A stretch of DNA of 64,000 nt from Klebsiella phage VB_KpP_HS106: the sequence record OP764672.1; one strand, written 5' to 3'. The notes under the pieces are model-generated. The model worked only from the letters and a program-made list of their open reading frames with translations. It ran no database searches and was not told the origin of the DNA. Positions within the stretch are counted from its first letter, which is position 1; each line of letters starts with the position of its first letter. Shown here in pieces: positions 7,553 through 15,139 of this stretch. Position numbers and translations under genes: made by a program.

Positions 7553-8827
7553 ATGGTAATCAACACTGCTTATGGCCCAAACTTCAAATATATGTCTGGT
7601 TGGGAATATATGTGCATCGACGTAGCCAACTACTACGGACTGGACAAGAAACTGTTCGAAGAACGTATTCAGTGGGTGTACGACAACATCAAGGATCTGG
7701 AATCCAAAGTGCAGGATGCTGAAACCCCTGAGCTGTACCATAAAGCTGTCATGACTTTACGTCGTGTACAGCATGGGGAAGCTGTAGGCAATATCACCTA
7801 TTGGGATGGCTGCTGCTCTGGCATCCAGATTATGAGTGCCCTCACAGGCTGTGAGAAGGGTGCTTACAACACTGGTTGTATTGACCCAGAGAAACGTATG
7901 GATGCCTACAGCAACACCACAGACGCCATGAATGGCGTTCTGAAGCGTAAAGGTCTGGATAGTATCCAAGTACCTCGTAGCCATATCAAACAAGCTGTAA
8001 TGACCTCTGGTTACGGTTCTAAGGCTGTGCCTAAGAAGGTATTCGGTGAGGGCGAGATGCTGGACTACTTCTACGAAGCAGCCCACATCATCGCTCCTGG
8101 TGCGTTCAACCTCATGGATGAACTCCTGGGTTCCTGGCGTCCTTATGCTCTGGAACACGTTCTGGAGCTGCCTGATGGCTTCATTGCTAAGATGAAAGTC
8201 ATGGAAACTCTGGAAACCAGAATTGAAGTAGACGAGCTTGATCATGCTACTTTCACCATGGAATACAAAGAGAACCGGGGTACAGAGAAAGGCCGTGCTA
8301 ACGTAGCCAATACCATTCACTGCTGTGATGCCTACTTGCTGCGTGAACTGGAGCGTCTGTGCAACTATGATCCAGAGCTGGTAGCAGAGGCGCAGAAGAT
8401 GCTGGAAGCACGCCTACTGGCTCATAGCATGGGTATGCAGGCTGAAGAAGCTACTGATGATATGGTACGTCGTATCCGTCTGTGGGACGAGAATAAGCAG
8501 TCTTCTATGGTTATTCTCAACGATATCAACTGGAGCAACTACATGCAGTTACCTATCGACTTAGCTCGTGATGTAATGCGTAAAGTTAACTTCATGCTGA
8601 CTTACAAACCATTCCCTGTGGCTACTGTTCACGATGCCTTCGGATCCCACCCAAACAACTGTAACGAAGTACGGTACTGGTACAAAGAGATGCTGGCAGA
8701 ATTCGCTGATAGCACCATTCTACAATCTCTGATGAACCAGCTATATCAAACTACTGACGGTGTGTATACCAAGTTGTCTAACAACCTCGGAGATAAGATA
8801 CGTGGATCCAACTATGCTCTTTCATAG
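7553..8827 (+). CDS. N4 RNAPII-like large subunit: C-terminal catalytic half of a T7-like RNA polymerase
   Basis: DGCCSGIQIMSALTG matches T7 DGSCSGIQHFSAM (motif A). TVHDAFGSHP matches IHDSFGT (motif C). Confidence 0.85.
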   Translation: MVINTAYGPNFKYMSGWEYMCIDVANYYGLDKKLFEERIQWVYDNIKDLESKVQDAETPELYHKAVMTLRRVQHGEAVGNITYWDGCCSGIQIMSALTGCEKGAYNTGCIDPEKRMDAYSNTTDAMNGVLKRKGLDSIQVPRSHIKQAVMTSGYGSKAVPKKVFGEGEMLDYFYEAAHIIAPGAFNLMDELLGSWRPYALEHVLELPDGFIAKMKVMETLETRIEVDELDHATFTMEYKENRGTEKGRANVANTIHCCDAYLLRELERLCNYDPELVAEAQKMLEARLLAHSMGMQAEEATDDMVRRIRLWDENKQSSMVILNDINWSNYMQLPIDLARDVMRKVNFMLTYKPFPVATVHDAFGSHPNNCNEVRYWYKEMLAEFADSTILQSLMNQLYQTTDGVYTKLSNNLGDKIRGSNYALS

Positions 8828-8857
8828 TATGATTCTTACTCATTTGAGGAGAATACT

Positions 8858-9298
8858 ATGGCTAGTGTAGATGAGTACATGAAGCTCAACTCCCCCTTGC
8901 AGAAGCGGGGGGAGGAGCTACAGAAACAAAGCAGTAAAAGCTGGGAAGCATTAGGTAATCCCACCAGCATTTCAGAGTATCTGGATGCTGTGGGTAAACT
9001 TGCTGCCCAGCAAAAAGCAGTATATGACTCCAGCCAACCACCTGTAGTTTCACAGCTATGGAGAAACCTGAATCCAGCTACATCAATTCCTGACGCTATA
9101 GGTAACTTCTATAATGCCAGTCAGAATGATGACTATGTGGGAATGGGTGTAGCAGCAGCTACAGGTATTCCATTCATCCCGGCTTTCAAAGTATTGAAAG
9201 CTATTAACCCACTGATGAAACTTGATTTAGCTAAATCAGGGGCCAGAGCAGTTACCAATGAGTTAGGTAGTCGATTAAGTGACTACTTCAGTGAATAA
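8858..9298 (+). CDS. Hypothetical protein (146 aa)
   Basis: ORF with GAGGAG RBS, followed by a strong terminator. Confidence 0.5.
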   Translation: MASVDEYMKLNSPLQKRGEELQKQSSKSWEALGNPTSISEYLDAVGKLAAQQKAVYDSSQPPVVSQLWRNLNPATSIPDAIGNFYNASQNDDYVGMGVAAATGIPFIPAFKVLKAINPLMKLDLAKSGARAVTNELGSRLSDYFSE

Positions 9299-9304
9299 CT
9301 AAAG

Positions 9305-9334
9305 ACCTACCCTTCGGGGTAGGTTTCTTTTTTT
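9305..9334 (+). terminator. Rho-independent terminator acctaccc-ttcg-gggtaggt + TTCTTTTTTT
   Basis: GC-rich 8-bp stem with a T-run. Confidence 0.8.
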
Positions 9335-9344
9335 AAGGAATACT

Positions 9345-9566
9345 ATGGCTACTTACAACACTCCCAATGCTCGCTATGTACCACTAGAGCTGGTTAAGTT
9401 AATCAAAACCAGAGCAGCTATTGGGCTTAAAGAAGCACGATTGGAGATTCAGTATGATGATCCAATGAATCCTACAATACCCCAAGGTGTACCCCCAGGA
9501 ACCCATTGTAGTGCTCACAGAAGCCTGAAAACCAACATGATCATATGGGAGGCTAAATGGCCGTAA
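9345..9566 (+). CDS. Small protein with the clearest L7/L12 C-terminal-domain-like segment (LVKLIKTRAAIGLKEARLEI)
   Basis: Compare E. coli RplL [21 protein letters not shown]. Confidence 0.55.
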   Translation: MATYNTPNARYVPLELVKLIKTRAAIGLKEARLEIQYDDPMNPTIPQGVPPGTHCSAHRSLKTNMIIWEAKWP

Positions 9567-9805
9567 CAGGGTATGTGTACCCACAAGTGGTGATACCAGT
9601 TGCTCTGTATAGACTGGTTAAAACCAGAAGTGCTGTAGGACTCACAGAGGCTGAAATAGTCTTACCTATAGGGTGTGAATTAGGATCCTACAACGAGGAG
9701 GATCTACCCGAAGAGTTTGCTACTTGGGAAACTTTGCAAAAGTACCAAGTGATCATGGGCGAAACAGTAGCGTTTAAACAGTGGAATGCAATATGGACAC
9801 GATAA
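9557..9805 (+). CDS. Small protein with L7/L12-CTD-like segment (LYRLVKTRSAVGLTEAEIVL)
   Basis: Family motif. Confidence 0.5.
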   Translation: MAVTGYVYPQVVIPVALYRLVKTRSAVGLTEAEIVLPIGCELGSYNEEDLPEEFATWETLQKYQVIMGETVAFKQWNAIWTR

Positions 9806-10185
9806 AGTACATGGTGCCAAGAGGTACTGTTAAGAGAATCAAAACAGCTAATGCCATAGGCATACAAGAGCTGGAGCTGAAGCCAGTTACTGTCATTGCA
9901 GCAGTAGAAGGGCAATTTGAAGTCATACATAAAAATTCCATACCAGGAATTGAAATGGACTTAGAGTCTGCCCCACTAGGCTGGATCTACTGGAAACCAG
10001 GCAACGAGGAGCAACCTGTGTACAACTCTATGAAGATGTTAGAGGAAGTGCTTAGAAGACAGGAAATAAACAACCCTAAACAATTTATTAGTGATCGGTC
10101 TATTCGGGAGATTAAAAGTACATCTGACATAGCTGATGCTTTTAACTTCTTCAATAAAATATATAGCGATAATACTAAGCTTTGA
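9781..10185 (+). CDS. Protein with L7/L12-CTD-like segment (VKRIKTANAIGIQELELK)
   Basis: Family motif. Confidence 0.5.
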   Translation: MECNMDTIKYMVPRGTVKRIKTANAIGIQELELKPVTVIAAVEGQFEVIHKNSIPGIEMDLESAPLGWIYWKPGNEEQPVYNSMKMLEEVLRRQEINNPKQFISDRSIREIKSTSDIADAFNFFNKIYSDNTKL

Positions 10186-10200
10186 TGCCCTCCGGGCATC
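10184..10200 (+). promoter_or_regulatory. Hairpin gatgccc-tcc-gggcatc (7-bp stem, 3-nt loop TCC, i.e. GGA on the template strand)
   Basis: Perfect inverted repeat overlapping the stop at 10185. Its loop is identical to the GGA loop of the N4 P2 promoter, recalled from the literature. Confidence 0.3.
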
Positions 10201-10236
10201 TTTGCGAGTGTTTCCGTCAACGGTAAAGAGGATCCT

Positions 10237-10521
10237 ATGGACGCAAATCAAGCAGCAGCTTTCATTAATAAATTTCCTGGTTTCATCGCAGAGGTGCCCA
10301 CTGCTGGGCATGTAGCGGTTAAATCAGTGTTCTGGGCAGGTAAACTCATGTACTTTCCAACCAAAGGCACAGTTGATGCTAATGGTGTTCAGGCATTAAC
10401 TGATGTCTCAAAACATATTGAGTTTCTTAAAGAGCAGAAAGGTGGAATAGGTACAGCACATATTATTTTATGTGCTCTTACTGTAGAAAACTTTCATAAG
10501 TATATGTTGAAGTGGGCTTAA
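10237..10521 (+). CDS. Hypothetical protein (94 aa)
   Basis: ORF with AGAGGA RBS. Confidence 0.45.
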   Translation: MDANQAAAFINKFPGFIAEVPTAGHVAVKSVFWAGKLMYFPTKGTVDANGVQALTDVSKHIEFLKEQKGGIGTAHIILCALTVENFHKYMLKWA

Positions 10522-10527
10522 GCTTTT

Positions 10528-10542
10528 GTGACCTCCGGTCAC
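10528..10542 (+). promoter_or_regulatory. Hairpin gtgacc-tcc-ggtcac (6-bp stem, 3-nt loop TCC)
   Basis: Perfect inverted repeat 7 nt after the stop. Same loop as the hairpin at 10184. Confidence 0.3.
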
Positions 10543-10698
10543 TTCTGTGAGTCGCTCGACTCATTACCATCACTTAATTCTTATCTATGCCTTTGGCAGG
10601 GGAGCCAGTCTCCCCACATTTTCATTGGATTACAGTGCTTTGTATCTTTACAAACCAGTGTGATTCACATAGTGTTAATCACCTAGACAGGAGGAACT

Positions 10699-10851
10699 AT
10701 GAAGCAATTCATGTGGTTTATCTTGTCGCTACTGTTTCTGTACCGCCTTGTGTCAGAGACAGTCTCGTTACTCGTTCAAACGCCCGTAACGGCGATCCTG
10801 CTAGTGAGTCTGAAGACTCGACCAGCGCACATTCGAGGGATGTGTAGATAG
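10699..10851 (+). CDS. Small (50 aa) hydrophobic protein with a perfect AGGAGG Shine-Dalgarno
   Basis: ATG 7 nt after AGGAGGA. Predicted TM helix MWFILSLLFLYRLV. Not in the supplied track (<60 aa). Confidence 0.4.
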   Translation: MKQFMWFILSLLFLYRLVSETVSLLVQTPVTAILLVSLKTRPAHIRGMCR

Positions 10852-10876
10852 CGACAAAACAAGGCATACTCGAAAT

Positions 10877-10904
10877 AGCCCACTCAATGTAGTGGGCTTT
10901 TTCA
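10877..10904 (+). terminator. Rho-independent terminator agcccact-caatgt-agtgggct + TTTTT
   Basis: 8-bp stem with a T-run. Confidence 0.75.
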
Positions 10905-10935
10905 TACCTTAAGATCAGTAGTTCAGAGTGTTCCA

Positions 10936-10957
10936 GTAGTACTTCTTAGTACTACTA
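10936..10957. promoter_or_regulatory. Perfect 9-bp inverted repeat agtagtact-tctt-agtactact (operator-like) in the early/middle intergenic region
   Basis: Direct reading. Lies in a ~215-nt non-coding gap. Confidence 0.35.
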
Positions 10958-11069
10958 GTACGCTTTCAACCTGTATTATAAATTTACCGAAAATCCCCAT
11001 TTTGACTAAAGTAAACTATAGGCTAACGGGGTTTAAGACAGTCTTAACCTATGTCCTAAAGAGGCTCTC

Positions 11070-11318
11070 ATGATCTATGTATTAATTGCTTTAGCCATTT
11101 GCTGTATCAACTTTATCTGGTGGACACACCTGGTAAGGATCTCAAAAGCTGAACTGGAAAAAGCTGAGTATGAGTACGAAGCTACCCAGACAGTTAAAGC
11201 ACATCTACGCCTCTGTGGTTATGAGGCAAAACTTCACCGTCAACAAATGTGGCAAGGGTTCTGGGGAATCACAGCATTCATCTGCGCCCTTGTCTGGAGC
11301 TGTATGTACAATGGATAA
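11070..11318 (+). CDS. Membrane protein (two hydrophobic segments)
   Basis: ORF with hydrophobic N-terminus IYVLIALAICCINFIWW. Confidence 0.45.
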   Translation: MIYVLIALAICCINFIWWTHLVRISKAELEKAEYEYEATQTVKAHLRLCGYEAKLHRQQMWQGFWGITAFICALVWSCMYNG

Positions 11319-11472
11319 AAATGAAATCATCAAAACGATGAAAGACTTCGATGAAGCTATCGATAAAGCGGAAGCTGAGGTAGCTCGTCTGCAAGAACTT
11401 CGTCGTGAGTTCATCAACCAATACAACCTGAATAAGGAAACCAGTAATGAAGACATGGTGGATCAATCGTGA
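11311..11472 (+). CDS. Small coiled-coil protein (53 aa; ATGGATAA overlap with the upstream stop)
   Basis: The internal ATG of the longer 11170 ORF is chosen because the upstream part overlaps the 11070 gene. Confidence 0.35.
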   Translation: MDKNEIIKTMKDFDEAIDKAEAEVARLQELRREFINQYNLNKETSNEDMVDQS

Positions 11473-12109
11473 TCCTGAAACCCATGCCTACCTTCCTGAA
11501 TGCCGATCCATAAGCCAGAGTAATTCCTATACCAAACATGAACCTGGGTTCAGAGGATCACCTCGGCTCATAGAGACTAATAAAAGTGCTAAACACGCAT
11601 TAACTCTATGGCGACAAGGTAGATGGGGTATGCACTGGGAAGATGGTATTGATGTGTATGAAAGTAAACCTCACCGTGAAAACCTTCCAATGGAGACAGT
11701 CGAAGTGACTCTTCAACGCTGCCTTGATGGCAAACCTATGGTATTCGTATTCGGATCCAACGAAGCAGGTATCCACGGTGCTGGTGCTGCTAAAACAGCC
11801 CTACAGCTCTATGGTGCTGTACTGGGTAAAGGTCATGGTCACTATGGCAATAGCTATGCCCTGCCTACTAAGTCCCCTGGCTTACGCACCCTACGTGGTC
11901 AGGTTATCCATGAGTACGTGGATACCTTCCTGGCTTATGCACAGGAACATGGCGAACTGAACTTCATGGTCACTCGTGTGGGATGTGGTCTTGCTGGCTT
12001 AAAAGACAGCGACATTGCTCCTATGTTCAAAAATGCCCCAGATAACTGCTATTTCGATAAGGTCTGGGAAGAGTATTTAATCAACCCTAAAGTATGGGGG
12101 ACTTTTTGA
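11447..12109 (+). CDS. Protein with Gly-rich Rossmann-like motifs (VFVFGSNEAGIHGAGAA ... TRVGCGLAG); possibly SLOG/DUF4326-like nucleotide-processing enzyme
   Basis: Motifs read directly from the translation. The family assignment is inferred only. Confidence 0.4.
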   Translation: MKTWWINRDPETHAYLPECRSISQSNSYTKHEPGFRGSPRLIETNKSAKHALTLWRQGRWGMHWEDGIDVYESKPHRENLPMETVEVTLQRCLDGKPMVFVFGSNEAGIHGAGAAKTALQLYGAVLGKGHGHYGNSYALPTKSPGLRTLRGQVIHEYVDTFLAYAQEHGELNFMVTRVGCGLAGLKDSDIAPMFKNAPDNCYFDKVWEEYLINPKVWGTF

Positions 12110-12300
12110 AAAAGTCAGAAATTGCTCTGATGAAGAAGCTACTCACTACTTACAAAGATGAACTTCTTCAAAAGGCATGTGAGTTTAATCCTCCCAATAG
12201 GGAGTTAGCTCACTTGTCTAATAAAGTAAAAAATGCAGTACTCGACATTAATGATGCTGAGTGCTTATTAAAAAAGTTAAAAAATAAGGAATCCAAATGA
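12094..12300 (+). CDS. Hypothetical small protein
   Basis: ORF overlapping its neighbours. Confidence 0.35.
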   Translation: MGDFLKKSEIALMKKLLTTYKDELLQKACEFNPPNRELAHLSNKVKNAVLDINDAECLLKKLKNKESK

Positions 12301-12839
12301 CAGGTATCAACTCTGCCGAACTTTTGGCTATGGCTCGTGAAGGTTACTGTATGCACCAGATCTCCGCAGTATCCGGGGTTAAAATGGAAACTGTACGGGG
12401 CATTCTCCGTGCTGCAAACCAGAATGGTGAATTTGATGCTGCCTTGCATCTGTCACCTACTAAACGCCACTTGTTCCATAACCCTGCAATGATGGCTTCT
12501 CGTGCCTATATGTACCCTCAAGTACCTCCTATGGACTATGGCAAGCTGGAAGAACGTATCCATGCTCTTATGGCTTCTGGTGAAAATGTCTGGGGTAACC
12601 CAGAAGTTAAATCAGCAAAGCCTAAACTGACTCCTACAGAGTATCTGAAAGTAGCTCAGGATACTGCTGCCATTCTGGCTGCTAAAAAATCACTGGAAAA
12701 GACTAAAGAAGTAGTCGATTCCATCAACCCATTAACCTATGTCCAACACCTGGAAGATGAAGATCTGATGTATCTGCTTCAGGTGGGGATGACCGAACTG
12801 CAAAAACGCTATTATGGAAAAGATGAAGCCAGTAGTTAA
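12297..12839 (+). CDS. Hypothetical protein with possible N-terminal HTH
   Basis: ATGA overlap upstream. Segment ELLAMAREGYCMHQISAVSGV. Confidence 0.45.
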   Translation: MTGINSAELLAMAREGYCMHQISAVSGVKMETVRGILRAANQNGEFDAALHLSPTKRHLFHNPAMMASRAYMYPQVPPMDYGKLEERIHALMASGENVWGNPEVKSAKPKLTPTEYLKVAQDTAAILAAKKSLEKTKEVVDSINPLTYVQHLEDEDLMYLLQVGMTELQKRYYGKDEASS

Positions 12840-12973
12840 TAGCCTCTATCCCACAGCCGACAGTCTGGACGATGCAATGAATCGTGCTAAAGCCAGTCTG
12901 TACGGCTGCTCCCCTAACGATGTACATGCTGCTGTCATGTGCTACCACAACACCCTGATCAAAGAGATGCTCA

Positions 12974-13342
12974 ATGCTCGACAAGATACTGGAGGAACTT
13001 CCCAACCGTAGGGAAGAAATACTCCAGCGTGTATTTGAACGAGTAGATATCAAAGATCTAGGCTTTAAACTTGAAGGCTTACCAAGCCCTTGCTTCATAT
13101 GGACTGGCCCTGATTCAGGAACTGGACGTGGTGGAGGCTATGGGCGTATGAGTCTCAATAGCCAGACTGTAGCTACTCACCTCGTTGTATATACCCACTT
13201 CTACGGCTATATCCCATCCAAGAAGCAGATAGACCATAAGTGTCGTAATCGCTTGTGCTGTAACCCAGCACACCTGGAAATGGTAAGCCAGAAAGAAAAC
13301 CAAAAAAGAAAGGTTGCACATATTAAAGGAACCAAGAAATGA
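12974..13342 (+). CDS. HNH homing endonuclease
   Basis: HNH motif DHKCRNRLCCNPAHLE. Confidence 0.7.
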   Translation: MLDKILEELPNRREEILQRVFERVDIKDLGFKLEGLPSPCFIWTGPDSGTGRGGGYGRMSLNSQTVATHLVVYTHFYGYIPSKKQIDHKCRNRLCCNPAHLEMVSQKENQKRKVAHIKGTKK

Positions 13343-13527
13343 AAGAAGATTGCTTTTTTGCTTTCGTGGCTGGTGGTGTCCTTGGTGTGATAATCATGGG
13401 TTTACTTATGTCCTATGTTGGCCCCAACTCCAAAGACAAGGTTGATGCCCGTAAAGCTGAATGTGAGCTTAACATTCCCCGTAACCAAAGCTGCATAATG
13501 CAGTTTGTCCCAGAGAAATCAAAATGA
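13339..13527 (+). CDS. Small membrane protein
   Basis: TM segment FFAFVAGGVLGVIIMGLLM. Confidence 0.4.
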   Translation: MKEDCFFAFVAGGVLGVIIMGLLMSYVGPNSKDKVDARKAECELNIPRNQSCIMQFVPEKSK

Positions 13528-13769
13528 AAAAGTTACTATTACTTTGTATTGCTGGTGTACTACTGGCTGGATGTACTGATGCTGAACAAGCTGCTCTGCT
13601 CTCTTATGGTAGTAAAACCAAAGTAGAATGCTGGTCAGGTGGTCAGAAAATCTTCGACGACGAATCGACTGGTAAAGTTACCATCGATCAGTCTGGTATT
13701 TACTACAAGTCAGTTAAAACAGGCAATCTGGTACACACCTACGCTGACTGTATTATCAGTCAAGAGTAA
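13524..13769 (+). CDS. Lipoprotein (signal peptide + lipobox LLAGC)
   Basis: N-terminus MKKLLLLCIAGVLLAGCTD. Confidence 0.6.
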   Translation: MKKLLLLCIAGVLLAGCTDAEQAALLSYGSKTKVECWSGGQKIFDDESTGKVTIDQSGIYYKSVKTGNLVHTYADCIISQE

Positions 13770-13836
13770 CTTCCTAAACCTGGTTTCATGTAAGCCAGGT
13801 TTGTGAATGTCACTCATAACCCATTAAGGAATTCCT

Positions 13837-14076
13837 ATGTTCGATGTTGCATTAGCAATTGGTGTCACTATTGACACTACCCCAGAAATTACTGTTCAAG
13901 TGATCCTTGATGGTGTGCCTATCATGGATCCCCAAGTCATTACTGCTCAGGTAATGTCTGCTGTATCAAACAAGATCCTTGCCCAAGGTGGTAAGGGTAT
14001 CGGTTACATGATCAATCAAGACGGCAGCTTAGGCGACCGTATTAAATTCACCGCATCTAAAGTAGAGACTATCTAA
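13837..14076 (+). CDS. Hypothetical protein
   Basis: ORF with GGAA RBS. Confidence 0.4.
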   Translation: MFDVALAIGVTIDTTPEITVQVILDGVPIMDPQVITAQVMSAVSNKILAQGGKGIGYMINQDGSLGDRIKFTASKVETI

Positions 14077-14077
14077 C

Positions 14078-15130
14078 ATGGCAACGACTCTGACAACTCC
14101 GCTCGACATTTCCAAAGCTGCTACTACCGTAGCCCACATCATGAAGCAAGGTCTTGTACCAATGCTGTATGGTGCTCCTGGTTTCGGTAAATCCTCTATT
14201 GCACAGGAAGTAGCTGATACCTACAACCTGCTGCTGATCGATCTCCGTCTGGCTGGTATGGAACCAGTAGACATGAATGGCGTACTGGGCTTCAACGAAG
14301 ACAAGTCCAAAGGTAAATATATCCCTCTGGATGAAATCCCACTGGAAGGCGATCCTATCCCGGTCAACCCTAAAACTGGCAAACAGTATGCTGGTTTCCT
14401 GGTACTGCTGGACGAACTGACCTCTGCTGCTGACGATACCAAAGCTGCAAGCTACAAGTTCATTCTGGACAAGAAAGTAGGACAGAAACACGTACACAAA
14501 CGTATGTGGATCATGGCTGCTGGTAACCGTGAAGACGACGGTGCAATTGCATCCTCTTTGGGTACTGCTCTGGGTTCTCGTGTGGTTAACCTGACCATCA
14601 AAGAAAACCTTAAGTACTGGTTGAAGCTGTTCACTGCAACTCTGGATCCTCGTATTGTGGCATTCCTCAACTACGAGCCAGATGCATTTAACAAATTCAA
14701 CCCGGATGCTAACGAGTATACCCATGCGTGTGCTCGTACCTGGTCTATGCTGTCCAAACTCATCACCCCGCTGGAATCTATTGATGGCTGGGAACCGATG
14801 ATCGACGGCACTGTAGGTGTGGCTACTGGACGCAGCTTCCGTACCTTCGTTACCTACTTCTCCAAAGTAGTAACTATGGATCAGATTCTCAAAGATCCTG
14901 AAGGTGCTCGTATCCCAACTAACGAACCATCCTGGATGTATGCCCTTACTGGTGTACTGGCTCGTGGTGTAGCTGAAGATAACATTGCTAAAGCAATGAC
15001 CTTCATTGAGCGTATGCCAGCGTCCTACCAGGTGATCTCCATGCGTAGCATCATTGCACGTAACCCTAAACTCGGCAGTAATGTTGAGGTAAGCAACTGG
15101 TGCACTCGCCACGCTGACGAACTTTTCTAA
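14078..15130 (+). CDS. MoxR-like AAA+ ATPase
   Basis: Walker A GAPGFGKS, Walker B LVLLDELT, arginine region. Confidence 0.7.
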   Translation: MATTLTTPLDISKAATTVAHIMKQGLVPMLYGAPGFGKSSIAQEVADTYNLLLIDLRLAGMEPVDMNGVLGFNEDKSKGKYIPLDEIPLEGDPIPVNPKTGKQYAGFLVLLDELTSAADDTKAASYKFILDKKVGQKHVHKRMWIMAAGNREDDGAIASSLGTALGSRVVNLTIKENLKYWLKLFTATLDPRIVAFLNYEPDAFNKFNPDANEYTHACARTWSMLSKLITPLESIDGWEPMIDGTVGVATGRSFRTFVTYFSKVVTMDQILKDPEGARIPTNEPSWMYALTGVLARGVAEDNIAKAMTFIERMPASYQVISMRSIIARNPKLGSNVEVSNWCTRHADELF

Positions 15131-15139
15131 GGAATTACA

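Noticed and set aside
7757-8320. 187-aa minus-strand ORF inside the RNAPII large subunit gene
   Set aside because: It is antisense to a gene with conserved polymerase motifs and has no RBS.
10587-10847. 86-aa ORF from the track across the intergenic hairpin region
   Set aside because: It has no RBS and spans hairpins. The 50-aa ORF in another frame, with a perfect AGGAGG, is the more plausible coding feature.
14069-15112. 347-aa ORF on the minus strand antisense to the MoxR ATPase gene
   Set aside because: It overlaps a well-supported plus-strand gene with clear Walker motifs. It has low-complexity, Cys/His-rich composition typical of antisense frames.
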